Source: a virus
Lineage: Duplodnaviria; Caudoviricetes
IMG/VR virus record: IMGVR_UViG_3300023070_000001
Span: 13,102-77,101 of that record
DNA: 64,000 nucleotides
Reading direction: 5' to 3' (one strand)
Shown here: positions 1 through 7,064 of the stretch, piece after piece
Layout of the letters: the number at the start of each line of letters is the position of its first letter
Numbering within the stretch: the first letter of the stretch is position 1
The notes under the pieces: model-generated
The model's input: only the letters and a program-made list of their open reading frames with translations
Told to the model about the DNA's origin: nothing
Database searches by the model: none
Made by a program: the position numbers and the translations under genes

Positions 1-97
1 CCCGGTAGATGAATAGTCAGCCTTGACTATTAGATGCCCGCAGTTCTTACAGCTTTTCTTTCGTTTATTTATTTTATCCCAGTACTTAGCGTCAAAC

Positions 98-514
98 TTA
101 TCCATAGATATCAAACTCGTTTTCATATAGGAATGTTTCTGTAGCTATTCCAGCAGCTTTAGCTAGGTCTCTACAACTAGTAGCGCCCTTGGACTTGTTC
201 CTGATGAAAGCGAGACATATATCTGGGTTAGTATTAACCATAAGTTTATTACGTCTAAACCCTGCGCTTTTACCGAAGCTAGCCCAATTAGCATCATGCC
301 TTTCGACATTCACACGCATTACTTGAGTAGCAAAGTTATCTGCTATAGCATCTGCACCACGAGGACAGTTACCATGTACGATAGTTAACCAATCAATCGG
401 ACCTTTCTCAAGCCCTGGATGATCCTTGATCCAATCTATCACAGCTTCAACGATTCTACCAGAAACACTTTCATATAGGTCCCAGTCTCGGGAGCCTGTT
501 ATCAGTAACCTCAT
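98..514 (-). CDS. SLOG-family (DUF2493/YspA-like) protein
   Basis: LLITGSRDW, IVHGNCPRGAD and AGFRRN motifs; start moved to ATG 514 (ATGA overlap with the upstream stop). Confidence 0.8.
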   Translation of the reverse strand: MRLLITGSRDWDLYESVSGRIVEAVIDWIKDHPGLEKGPIDWLTIVHGNCPRGADAIADNFATQVMRVNVERHDANWASFGKSAGFRRNKLMVNTNPDICLAFIRNKSKGATSCRDLAKAAGIATETFLYENEFDIYG

Positions 515-738
515 GTACCACACCTTAGACATGCATACTCTACTAGATCGCCACAATCAACACATAGAGCTTTTTCGCATACAGGGCAGTTACCTTTAGC
601 ATCTAAATATCTAACTCCGCAAGGGCGCTCTTTATAAGCTCCGCATAGAGTTAGCTTAGGGCTACACAGGCAAACAATATGGCAGAATGAAACATTGTCA
701 TCTGTAATTTGTGGCTTATCTAATACTGCACCTTGCAT
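511..738 (-). CDS. Cys-rich hypothetical protein (probable Zn-binding)
   Basis: ORF with AGGTG RBS; multiple CxxC pairs. Confidence 0.6.
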   Translation of the reverse strand: MQGAVLDKPQITDDNVSFCHIVCLCSPKLTLCGAYKERPCGVRYLDAKGNCPVCEKALCVDCGDLVEYACLRCGT

Positions 739-820
739 TATAGATCACCTAATACCCATAAAATAATTAAGGTGCCCAACCCAATTACTATGAGCGAGAC
801 ACCTATACCGACAATCATAC

Positions 821-1009
821 TTAAATATCAAATTCCCCAGCTTTAACGCCTGCAATAAAAGCTTTCCACTCATCTTCAGTGAAAAGTACTTTAACATCAG
901 GAGCGAGGTTGTTTCGAACAGCAATCCAAATAGGATTAGTTTCCAAAACAGTTACCTCAACACAGGCGTTAGTACCGCAGTAGCTTGATTTTACCCAAGT
1001 TGTATTCAA
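821..1009 (-). CDS. DUF397 (BldB/AbaA-like) protein
   Basis: WVKSSYC...NACVEV...AVRN...FTEDEWKAFIAGVKAGEF matches the DUF397 pattern. Confidence 0.9.
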   Translation of the reverse strand: MNTTWVKSSYCGTNACVEVTVLETNPIWIAVRNNLAPDVKVLFTEDEWKAFIAGVKAGEFDI

Positions 1010-1099
1010 CTATGACCTCTCAATAAGCCACTTAGCAGCCAAAGTTATCAGAATAGCTACTCCGATAGCTATTGGAATCGAAATTATAAATTCCCACAT
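1010..1099 (-). CDS. 29-aa single-TM micropeptide (MWEFIISIPIAIGVAILITLAAKWLIERS)
   Basis: Hand-translated; ATG lies 1 nt after the tRNA-Glu discriminator; stop abuts the DUF397 start. Confidence 0.6.
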   Translation of the reverse strand: MWEFIISIPIAIGVAILITLAAKWLIERS

Positions 1100-1100
1100 G

Positions 1101-1174
1101 TAGAGCGAATGGGATTCGAACCCACATTTTCCAGATTGAAAGTCTGGCATCCTAAACCATTAGACGACCGCTCC
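1101..1174 (-). tRNA. tRNA-Glu(UUC)
   Basis: Cloverleaf; CCAGA-CT-TTC-AA-TCTGG anticodon arm; GGTTCGAATCC T-arm; CCA not encoded. Confidence 0.95.
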
Positions 1175-1240
1175 AGGCTGGCAAGAAAAATACTTTTATT
1201 GTTACGTCTGCCATTCGCAACCGCTAGATGTTGCGCAGAG

Positions 1241-1314
1241 TACTCCGTACGGGATTCGAACCCGTATTCTCTTCCTTGAGAGGGAAGCGAGATAAACCAT
1301 TACTCTAACGGAGC
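1241..1314 (-). tRNA. tRNA-Glu(CUC)
   Basis: Cloverleaf; CTTCC-CT-CTC-AA-GGAAG. Confidence 0.95.
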
Positions 1315-1318
1315 ATGT

Positions 1319-1362
1319 TGTAAGCGACTCTGTTTCCAGCTTTCGGGTGTCCGTCGCTTACA
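1319..1362 (-). ncRNA. Promoter-proximal stem-closed leader RNA L1
   Basis: TGTAAGCGAC...GTCGCTTACA closing stem with internal CTG-GAAA-CAG hairpin; ends 4 nt before tRNA-Glu(CUC). Confidence 0.6.
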
Positions 1363-1368
1363 AGTACT

Positions 1369-1397
1369 ACCTTACCTTAAAACTTTACCCCTGTCAA
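1369..1397 (-). promoter_or_regulatory. SigA/HrdB-type promoter P1
   Basis: TTGACA-N17-TAAGGT. Confidence 0.85.
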
Positions 1398-1399
1398 GC

Positions 1400-1888
1400 T
1401 CAGTAATCTGAAGAACTTGAACTAGATCCTGAATCTGAACTGCTTGAGCTAGATGATCCGCTATCTGAACTGTAGCTTGAAGAGTTACCTGAATCAGATG
1501 ATCCACTAGAGTAGTTAGATCCTGAATCAGAGCTGCTTGAAGAAGGTGCCTCATATGAGCTACTACGATCAGGCTCAGAGTAACCTGAATCAGAACCCCA
1601 GTAACCAAAGTCAGCAGGCTCAGATACGGCTACATAATCATCTGAGGGGGAGTCATCATACTTCTTACGAGGCTTCTCTACAACAGGCTTAGTACGGGTT
1701 ACAGGCTTGCGAGGCTCAGTAACGATATTACGGGAGGTATAAGCACTACCGGTATAGGTGTGAGGCTGTGAATACACAGATGCCTGCACCTTGTTAGGCT
1801 TACGACTCTTAGACTTAACTACCTTGTATACTACAAAGGCAATAATAGCAAGAGCTAGGATTACTAGAAGAAACTTCATGATTCTCAC
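1400..1888 (-). CDS. Membrane-anchored protein with Ser-rich low-complexity tail
   Basis: N-terminal hydrophobic helix followed by Lys residues; SSSSDSGS repeats at the C-terminus. Confidence 0.75.
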   Translation of the reverse strand: MRIMKFLLVILALAIIAFVVYKVVKSKSRKPNKVQASVYSQPHTYTGSAYTSRNIVTEPRKPVTRTKPVVEKPRKKYDDSPSDDYVAVSEPADFGYWGSDSGYSEPDRSSSYEAPSSSSSDSGSNYSSGSSDSGNSSSYSSDSGSSSSSSSDSGSSSSSSDY

Positions 1889-1920
1889 ATTCCGTGAAGG
1901 TTGTCTTACTTACTGACATT

Positions 1921-1949
1921 ATCCTAGCAGACTTGCTCTAGCGATGCAA
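1921..1949 (-). promoter_or_regulatory. SigA-type promoter
   Basis: TTGCAT-N17-TAGGAT with extended TG. Confidence 0.6.
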
Positions 1950-2270
1950 GCCTAGAGTTTCACGCTTCATCTCTTCAGTCATAATGCATTTAAGATCCTT
2001 GAATACCCAATTAGGTACCTTAACTCCATAGCAGACATCACCATCATAGTTAAGTGCCTCTACCCTGACCTTAATATGACCTTCAAGTAGGCCATCAGAA
2101 TCCTTGAAGGCGTGAAGAGCATAAAGCTTAGCCATCACAGTAGGAATCTCATCATAGTAGACTCTATACCATGAGCCTCTATTCTGCCAGATAGTACCTA
2201 AGCCATAAAAGTCAGTAAAGAATGCCAGCACTAAAGCAATTAGGGCTGTAATCCAAATCCAATCAGGCAC
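1938..2270 (-). CDS. Hypothetical membrane protein
   Basis: N-terminal TM (WIWITALIALVLAFF); GTG start overlapping the Nudix stop chosen. Confidence 0.65.
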   Translation of the reverse strand: MPDWIWITALIALVLAFFTDFYGLGTIWQNRGSWYRVYYDEIPTVMAKLYALHAFKDSDGLLEGHIKVRVEALNYDGDVCYGVKVPNWVFKDLKCIMTEEMKRETLGLHR

Positions 2271-2694
2271 AGTCGTAGAACCTACTTCCACCTGATGCTG
2301 CATTAAGAATGCGCTCTACAGTTGCAAAAATAGGCTTAGGTAGATTATAGATTGAATGCCACTTCCAGCTCTCTACCTTATCGGGCTCCATAACTTCAGG
2401 AACACCACCATCATAATAAGCTACCATACCAATATCGATATAGTGCTTGGGATAGTACTCGATGAGGTTGATTACTGAAACAACATGAAGACCACTGTAC
2501 TTTACACTAGAGCCAAGTTCCTCTTCAAGCTCACGCTCAGCACAAGCCTGGAAACTTTCATTAAATTCAAGGTGTCCCCCAGGAAGAGCCCACTGGCCTT
2601 CACCATGAGATCCCTTACGCTTACCCAGAAGAATACGATCCTCTCGGTCGATAAGTGCTACACCTACGCCAACCTTAGTAATGTTATCTGTCAT
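2263..2694 (-). CDS. Nudix hydrolase (MutT/NUDT15-like)
   Basis: Nudix box GGHLEFNESFQACAERELEEELG. Confidence 0.92.
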   Translation of the reverse strand: MTDNITKVGVGVALIDREDRILLGKRKGSHGEGQWALPGGHLEFNESFQACAERELEEELGSSVKYSGLHVVSVINLIEYYPKHYIDIGMVAYYDGGVPEVMEPDKVESWKWHSIYNLPKPIFATVERILNAASGGSRFYDCA

Positions 2695-2700
2695 GCTCTC

Positions 2701-2729
2701 ATCCTAGTAGAGTCACACAAGTCTGTCAA
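2701..2729 (-). promoter_or_regulatory. SigA-type promoter, leaderless Nudix mRNA
   Basis: TTGACA-N17-TAGGAT-N6-ATG. Confidence 0.85.
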
Positions 2730-2734
2730 GTAGA

Positions 2735-2760
2735 AAACCCACACCATCTGGTGTGGGTTT
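2735..2760. terminator. Intrinsic terminator hairpin
   Basis: AAACCCACACCA/TGGTGTGGGTTT 12-bp inverted repeat. Confidence 0.75.
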
Positions 2761-2765
2761 ATCAA

Positions 2766-2930
2766 TTATCCTTCGAACTTATATTTCTTGAAGGGTGAAT
2801 TTGAAGGCAACTTATCAAAAGCCTTGCGGGCCTTTTTTCTGTTATCTGTAGATGGCATACGAGCTGATGCCTCTGCTGCCCTTACAAATTCTTTCTCTTC
2901 TTTAGTTGTAGGCTCATGATCTGTTGGCAT
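2766..2930 (-). CDS. 54-aa basic microprotein (MPTDHEPTTKEEKEF...)
   Basis: Hand-translated; AGGAG RBS. Confidence 0.65.
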   Translation of the reverse strand: MPTDHEPTTKEEKEFVRAAEASARMPSTDNRKKARKAFDKLPSNSPFKKYKFEG

Positions 2931-2952
2931 TTAATTCTCCTAGAGTAATGGG

Positions 2953-3027
2953 TACCTGTAGTGGGACTCGAACCCACACTGAACGGATTTTAAGTCCGCA
3001 TCCTCTAACCGATTGGGATACACAGGC
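2953..3027 (-). tRNA. tRNA-Leu(UAA), short variable loop
   Basis: GCGGA-CT-TAA-AA-TCCGT; 5-nt variable region. Confidence 0.92.
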
Positions 3028-3058
3028 TTGATTGGCACTGTGTTAGCGCCAACGTTTA

Positions 3059-3214
3059 TCATAAAGTGAAATCGATGTGCCTTGTTTTACATTTGCAACT
3101 AGTGCAACCATTTTTGTCATGCTGACTACGCCCGTGGCCACAAGGCGGTGGACAGATTTTCTCTTTACGAGGGTAATCTAGTCTACCTTTGTCAGGCTTT
3201 TTAGGCTTAGTCAT
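3059..3214 (-). CDS. 51-aa Cys/His microprotein (CPPPCGHGRSQH...CTSCKC)
   Basis: Hand-translated; TAATG coupling with the upstream ORF. Confidence 0.65.
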   Translation of the reverse strand: MTKPKKPDKGRLDYPRKEKICPPPCGHGRSQHDKNGCTSCKCKTRHIDFTL

Positions 3215-3387
3215 TAGCTCTTGCCGCCTCTTAGATAATTTTCATACGCTGCAATAGCATTTTTTAAATTATCTCTAAGCTTCTTAGGGACAGGAACTCC
3301 ACGTTCCTTCTCTTCTTCTTTTGCTCTCATTAAAGCATCATTTGCTTTAACTACACTACGAGAATAAGCTTTTAACTTATCATCCAT
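3214..3387 (-). CDS. 57-aa helical microprotein, paralog of 3387-3536
   Basis: Hand-translated MDDKLKAYSRSVVKANDALMRAKEE...; TAATG coupling on both sides. Confidence 0.65.
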   Translation of the reverse strand: MDDKLKAYSRSVVKANDALMRAKEEEKERGVPVPKKLRDNLKNAIAAYENYLRGGKS

Positions 3388-3536
3388 TACGATTCATATT
3401 CCTTAATGGCATCTCTAAGTTCTTTAAGTACACTATCAGGTACTTGTTTCCCTTTCAGCCTTTTTTCTTTCCTAGCTTTTGCTACAGCAGCATCAGCGTC
3501 TTGCACTCTTTTCAGAGTATTAGCATTTTTGGGCAA
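3387..3536 (-). CDS. 49-aa helical microprotein
   Basis: TTG start after GAAAGA; MPKNANTLKRVQDADAAVAKARKE...AIKEYES. Confidence 0.6.
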   Translation of the reverse strand: MPKNANTLKRVQDADAAVAKARKEKRLKGKQVPDSVLKELRDAIKEYES

Positions 3537-3565
3537 AATAATTCTTTCTATTTTCAAAAATGATA

Positions 3566-3644
3566 TGGTTGAGGAACCGACGATCAGGCGTCAGACTTCT
3601 GTCCCGTAAGGGCAGTGTTCTGTCTACTCTTAAACTATTCCCCA
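3566..3644 (-). tRNA. Atypical tRNA-Val(UAC)-like gene lacking a canonical T-loop
   Basis: 7-bp acceptor TGGGGAA/TTCCTCA, A73, encoded CCA, anticodon loop CT-TAC-GG; T-arm loop GCCTGATC instead of TTCGA. Confidence 0.6.
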
Positions 3645-3646
3645 AG

Positions 3647-3721
3647 TACCGATGAAAGGATTCGAACCTTCAACATCCTGATTCTAAGTCAGGCACCTCT
3701 AGCCATTTGGGTCACATCGGC
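3647..3721 (-). tRNA. tRNA-Leu(UAG), short variable loop
   Basis: CCTGA-CT-TAG-AA-TCAGG. Confidence 0.92.
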
Positions 3722-3749
3722 ATAGCCCCGAAGGGCTTACTATTAATAA

Positions 3750-3947
3750 TTAAACTTCTTCTCTATCAACTTCGATAGTTACGTTAAGAACCTTGCCCTC
3801 ACGTACCCAAACTGGCTGCTCTCCCTGTCCACCAGCAGTGAACTTAAGGGTAGTATCGCCATCCTTAGCAGTGATTGCGCTCTGCCAATGGCCCTCATCA
3901 GCAGGCTTTGGCTTTACAGTAGCTACTGTAACATCTCGCATGAACAT
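3750..3947 (-). CDS. Hypothetical protein
   Basis: ORF track; plausible small beta protein. Confidence 0.6.
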   Translation of the reverse strand: MFMRDVTVATVKPKPADEGHWQSAITAKDGDTTLKFTAGGQGEQPVWVREGKVLNVTIEVDREEV

Positions 3948-3999
3948 TGTCTAGCTCCCATCGATATACCTGAATACGAACATCTAGTATATCGGCTGA

Positions 4000-4167
4000 C
4001 TAGCCATTCTTGTTGATAGCAGCAAGGACAGCTTTAGCATCTTGAAGTTCTTTCCTCAGAGCCTTTAGCTTCTTTGCATCTTTAGTAGTTAGCTTTTCAA
4101 CAGCGATCTTATTCATAATACGTTCAATAACACGTTCGGCATCAGTTCTAGTTGTAATCTTAGCCAA
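4000..4167 (-). CDS. 55-aa basic coiled-coil microprotein
   Basis: Start moved to TTG 4167 after AGGAG; the longer ORF overlaps a tRNA. Confidence 0.65.
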   Translation of the reverse strand: MAKITTRTDAERVIERIMNKIAVEKLTTKDAKKLKALRKELQDAKAVLAAINKNG

Positions 4168-4227
4168 TTGAATTACTCCTATGTCAGTTAAATACAGGGG
4201 TATGAGATGCGACCTCATACCCCTAAG

Positions 4228-4308
4228 TGCTCGTAACAGGAGTCGAACCTGCATACCTCTCGGCGTCACGTTCTAAGCGTGATGTGTATTCCGTTCCACC
4301 ATACGAGC
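4228..4308 (-). tRNA. tRNA-Leu(UAG), long variable arm
   Basis: TCACG-CT-TAG-AA-CGTGA; GCC-GAGA-GGT variable hairpin. Confidence 0.95.
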
Positions 4309-4315
4309 ATGAAAC

Positions 4316-4909
4316 CTATTTAAAATGATTCCTTACCTCTGCTACCTGAGTATTAAGATTTGCTACGGTAACAGTTAATTCTGATAGCTTAGCTACCGCC
4401 TTGTTCAACTCTACCAGACTAGCGGCCACCTTAGCAACCTCAGTAGATAACTTACTGATAGCTAAAAGATCCTCATCTACATAAGGCCAAGGGTGCTGTA
4501 CACCTAGTCTAGCATCTGGTAGGTACTGCTCGTAAGGGGCAACACCACTTGCGTTTTTGGTGAATACAGACCAAGAAGTGAAGGTACGCCCTGCACCCTT
4601 GAAGATTTCATATGCTGCGGCAGTATTTACTACAGGATCTCTCCATCTACCACCAGCAGCCTGAATCTTAGGATATTGCCAACGCCCTGAGAGCTGAAAG
4701 ATTCCATGATCTCTCTGCCCAATACTAGCAGGATCACTAGTAATAGGTGCAGTAGTACGAGAAATGGATTCTGTGTCTGCACTAGATTCGGCAAAAGCTA
4801 CCGCCACAGCAACAACAGCCTCGGTATCTGTTGTACCGGGTACAATTGTAGTTTTACTGAAGCCAGCCTTAATAACAAGGTCAGCAATTTCATGTGGTGA
4901 TAGCTTCAT
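4316..4909 (-). CDS. Lysozyme-like/lytic transglycosylase protein with C-terminal coiled coil
   Basis: AVAFAESS catalytic Glu, DHGIFQL and NTAAAYEI...WSVF motifs. Confidence 0.8.
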   Translation of the reverse strand: MKLSPHEIADLVIKAGFSKTTIVPGTTDTEAVVAVAVAFAESSADTESISRTTAPITSDPASIGQRDHGIFQLSGRWQYPKIQAAGGRWRDPVVNTAAAYEIFKGAGRTFTSWSVFTKNASGVAPYEQYLPDARLGVQHPWPYVDEDLLAISKLSTEVAKVAASLVELNKAVAKLSELTVTVANLNTQVAEVRNHFK

Positions 4910-4931
4910 AATTAGTCCTTAATTCAGAGAG

Positions 4932-5004
4932 CACCGGTTGCAAGAATCGAACTCGCACAGACGCGGGTTTGGAAGCCGCCGCACTACCATTATACTAAAC
5001 CGGC
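4932..5004 (-). tRNA. tRNA-Trp(CCA)
   Basis: Loop TT-CCA-AA, G73; C31.C39 mismatch. Confidence 0.85.
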
Positions 5005-5258
5005 ATTAATTCGGAGATTCAATAAGGAGGGTTGCGATCCCTCATATCATACTTACTTGCACTCCTAGGTTTGGTCAAGCCGCGCAAAGGACTTACGCTA
5101 GTCTCATCTGAACCCTAACAGATGACTCTGTCAAAATCAACAGACACCAAGTGTTCCAGGGGAAGCTCATGCTTCTCGTATACCCGCTCGCCTCGACGAG
5201 ACCCCTTGGATTACTATGATTCTAGTAGCTTGCATCAGAGGCTATCTAAAATCTTACG

Positions 5259-5330
5259 TGGCGGATACCTGAGTCGAACAGGTGATTTCAAGCTCATGAC
5301 GCTTGCGAGATACCACTTCTCCAATCCGCT
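5259..5330 (-). tRNA. tRNA-Met(CAU) with 1:72 mismatch
   Basis: CAAGC-GT-CAT-GA-GCTTG; A1.C72 unpaired. Confidence 0.85.
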
Positions 5331-5332
5331 AG

Positions 5333-5403
5333 TACCGAGTGATGGTAACGATCCATCTTCTATGCCTTATGAGAGCATCGTTCTACCTTTAAACTAACCC
5401 GGC
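5333..5403 (-). tRNA. tRNA-Met/Ile2(CAU) with atypical T-loop
   Basis: ATGCT-CT-CAT-AA-GGCAT; T-arm GATGG-ATCGTTA-CCATC. Confidence 0.8.
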
Positions 5404-5414
5404 CTGCTCCTACC

Positions 5415-5443
5415 AGCTTAGCAGAGCAGTTAAACCTTGTCAA
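5415..5443 (-). promoter_or_regulatory. SigA-type promoter for the CAU tRNA pair
   Basis: TTGACA-N17-TAAGCT. Confidence 0.85.
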
Positions 5444-5593
5444 CTACTTTGCCTTGTAGAATCCGCTGTTAGGATCTGAAATATGAGATTTATGAATCCA
5501 CTTACCACTTGCAATTCTTACAAGTTTATTAAGTGGTGTGGGTTTATGTCCACATGCTGCACAGTTAGCAGGTGCCTTCTTATCCGTCTTCAT
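5444..5593 (-). CDS. 49-aa Zn-binding microprotein (CAACGH...HKSH)
   Basis: Hand-translated; ATGA overlap with the upstream ORF. Confidence 0.6.
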   Translation of the reverse strand: MKTDKKAPANCAACGHKPTPLNKLVRIASGKWIHKSHISDPNSGFYKAK

Positions 5594-5787
5594 ACCAGCA
5601 AGTCTACAACAGGCTTATTGGTTGAGTCAAGCTTAGGCATTCCACCATACTGATCAGGATCAACGCCTGTCATTAATGCTATAGCAGATTCACTACTCCC
5701 GTCAAGGCGCTCAAGATGAACTTGTACCATGGAGTAGTAAGGTCCACAATAATCAGATAGACTCTCGCTTGAGTCGCTTTCTATCAT
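5590..5787 (-). CDS. Hypothetical protein (start uncertain)
   Basis: ORF track. Confidence 0.45.
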   Translation of the reverse strand: MIESDSSESLSDYCGPYYSMVQVHLERLDGSSESAIALMTGVDPDQYGGMPKLDSTNKPVVDLLV

Positions 5788-5902
5788 ACTTCTTCCTATT
5801 CTTATGCTTAGAAGATGCGTTAGAGCGGCGAAGTTCTAGGAGCTGACGTAGTTCCTCAGCATCCATCTTGCGCTTATAAGTTTGCATGTCAGCTCCCTTC
5901 AT
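5753..5902 (-). CDS. 49-aa basic microprotein (LRRSNASSKHKNRKKYDRK)
   Basis: Hand-translated; leaderless ATG 6 nt after the -10; alternative ATG at 5887 with SD. Confidence 0.7.
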   Translation of the reverse strand: MKGADMQTYKRKMDAEELRQLLELRRSNASSKHKNRKKYDRKRLKRESI

Positions 5903-5908
5903 GACTTC

Positions 5909-5937
5909 AATCTATCAGAGTAGGTCTGAGGTGTCAA
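5909..5937 (-). promoter_or_regulatory. SigA-type promoter (leaderless)
   Basis: TTGACA-N17-TAGATT-N6-ATG. Confidence 0.85.
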
Positions 5938-6122
5938 GCGTCGTAGTAATTATCGTTTCTAATATTTACATCGACTACAGAAATCAACTCTTGAGCACGA
6001 ACCTTAAAGCCCTCTAGCTCTGATCTCTTATACAGGCTGGCATTTTCAGTAATGTCTTTAATAACAAAGATTAGCTCGCTCATTAATTGAGCTACATAAG
6101 GTGTTGTGGATTCACTCATCAT
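5934..6122 (-). CDS. Hypothetical protein
   Basis: ORF track; coupled to neighbours. Confidence 0.6.
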   Translation of the reverse strand: MMSESTTPYVAQLMSELIFVIKDITENASLYKRSELEGFKVRAQELISVVDVNIRNDNYYDA

Positions 6123-6324
6123 CCTGCCATTCTACTACGGTCTTACCGCCATGACCGTGAATAATAATTACATCAGCAATACTTTTATAGAAACAGACAG
6201 AACTGGTAGATGTCATCCACCTCATAGCGCAGGAACCATCAGTAAACTGAACACCTTCAGTTACTATACCTACTCCTGAGATTCCTGTCTCATCATCTAA
6301 TCTACGGAGGTTGAATCTACGCAA
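6112..6324 (-). CDS. Small phage hypothetical protein (R.D.TG.SG.G...EGV.F.DG)
   Basis: RBS GAGGA; pattern recalled from widespread small phage proteins. Confidence 0.7.
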   Translation of the reverse strand: MRRFNLRRLDDETGISGVGIVTEGVQFTDGSCAMRWMTSTSSVCFYKSIADVIIIHGHGGKTVVEWQDDE

Positions 6325-6449
6325 GGTTCCTCTTCTTTCTTAGTATATTTATTAAACAGTTCTTGAAGCTCTTCATAAAGTTTCTGAACTTTATCCTTAT
6401 CTTCATCAGATAAGTTATCCCAATCTAGTACACCATCATCATTAGGCAT
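6297..6449 (-). CDS. 50-aa acidic microprotein (MPNDDGVLDWDNLSDEDK...)
   Basis: Hand-translated; fills the gap between two ORFs. Confidence 0.5.
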   Translation of the reverse strand: MPNDDGVLDWDNLSDEDKDKVQKLYEELQELFNKYTKKEEEPCVDSTSVD

Positions 6450-6717
6450 TTCTTGCCCTCATAACTACAATAAGCCATTCATCAGGATTATCCTGCTGTA
6501 GAAATACTAATTCCTCTACTGACAGATCCCTGGCTTCGAAATCATAATTAGCAGCTTCAGCCATACGCATAACCATCTCAGTACAATCTGATGTAATAAC
6601 TGCTTTAACTACTGCTACATCATCACTGAGGCAAGCCCAGATTTCACCACAAGCAAATCCCCTTGCAAATTCTGGGTCCTCAGAGTCAAATACCAAGAGG
6701 AATTCCTCAGAATCCAT
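6442..6717 (-). CDS. Hypothetical protein
   Basis: Start moved to ATG 6717. Confidence 0.6.
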   Translation of the reverse strand: MDSEEFLLVFDSEDPEFARGFACGEIWACLSDDVAVVKAVITSDCTEMVMRMAEAANYDFEARDLSVEELVFLQQDNPDEWLIVVMRARNA

Positions 6718-6736
6718 ACTCTTTTTGATTCCTCTA

Positions 6737-7063
6737 TTATCCTTGGATCTCATTAGATTCCGCCAATCTAATACCGTAATCTTGATATTTCTTAACAACC
6801 ATCCAGTGCATCTTATGCGTTACGCCTTCAGAAATCTCTGAGACCTTAATAAGTTCTACCAGCTCTGTAAGAAACATCGGATAGCATAAGCCAGTATCCA
6901 CATCTTTAAACCTGACTGCACTAGGCGCTAACCAACCATCCAATTTTAGCTTAGCGAGGAATGGAGTATTAGCTCTCCACTCTTCAGGTACTGCCCAGCG
7001 ATGAACAGACTTCATCAAATCGCCAGCTTCATTGTAAGGAACTTTGAAATTACCCTTTGGCAT
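6737..7063 (-). CDS. Hypothetical protein
   Basis: Start moved to ATG 7063 after AGAGG. Confidence 0.6.
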   Translation of the reverse strand: MPKGNFKVPYNEAGDLMKSVHRWAVPEEWRANTPFLAKLKLDGWLAPSAVRFKDVDTGLCYPMFLTELVELIKVSEISEGVTHKMHWMVVKKYQDYGIRLAESNEIQG

Positions 7064-7064
7064 T

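Noticed and set aside
2953-4308. tRNAs with TAA/TAG in the anticodon loop as stop-codon suppressors or a recoded genome
   Set aside because: Anticodons UAA and UAG read TTA and CTA (Leu). No CUA/UUA/UCA anticodon was found, and all three stop codons terminate genes normally.
5050-5078. Promoter TTGACC-N17-TAAGTA before tRNA-Trp
   Set aside because: The -10 lacks the invariant final T; plausible but too weak to list as a feature.
2749-5547. 14-bp duplicate TGGTGTGGGTTTAT (2749-2762, 5534-5547)
   Set aside because: Only two copies, one in a terminator arm and one in a coding region; compatible with chance.
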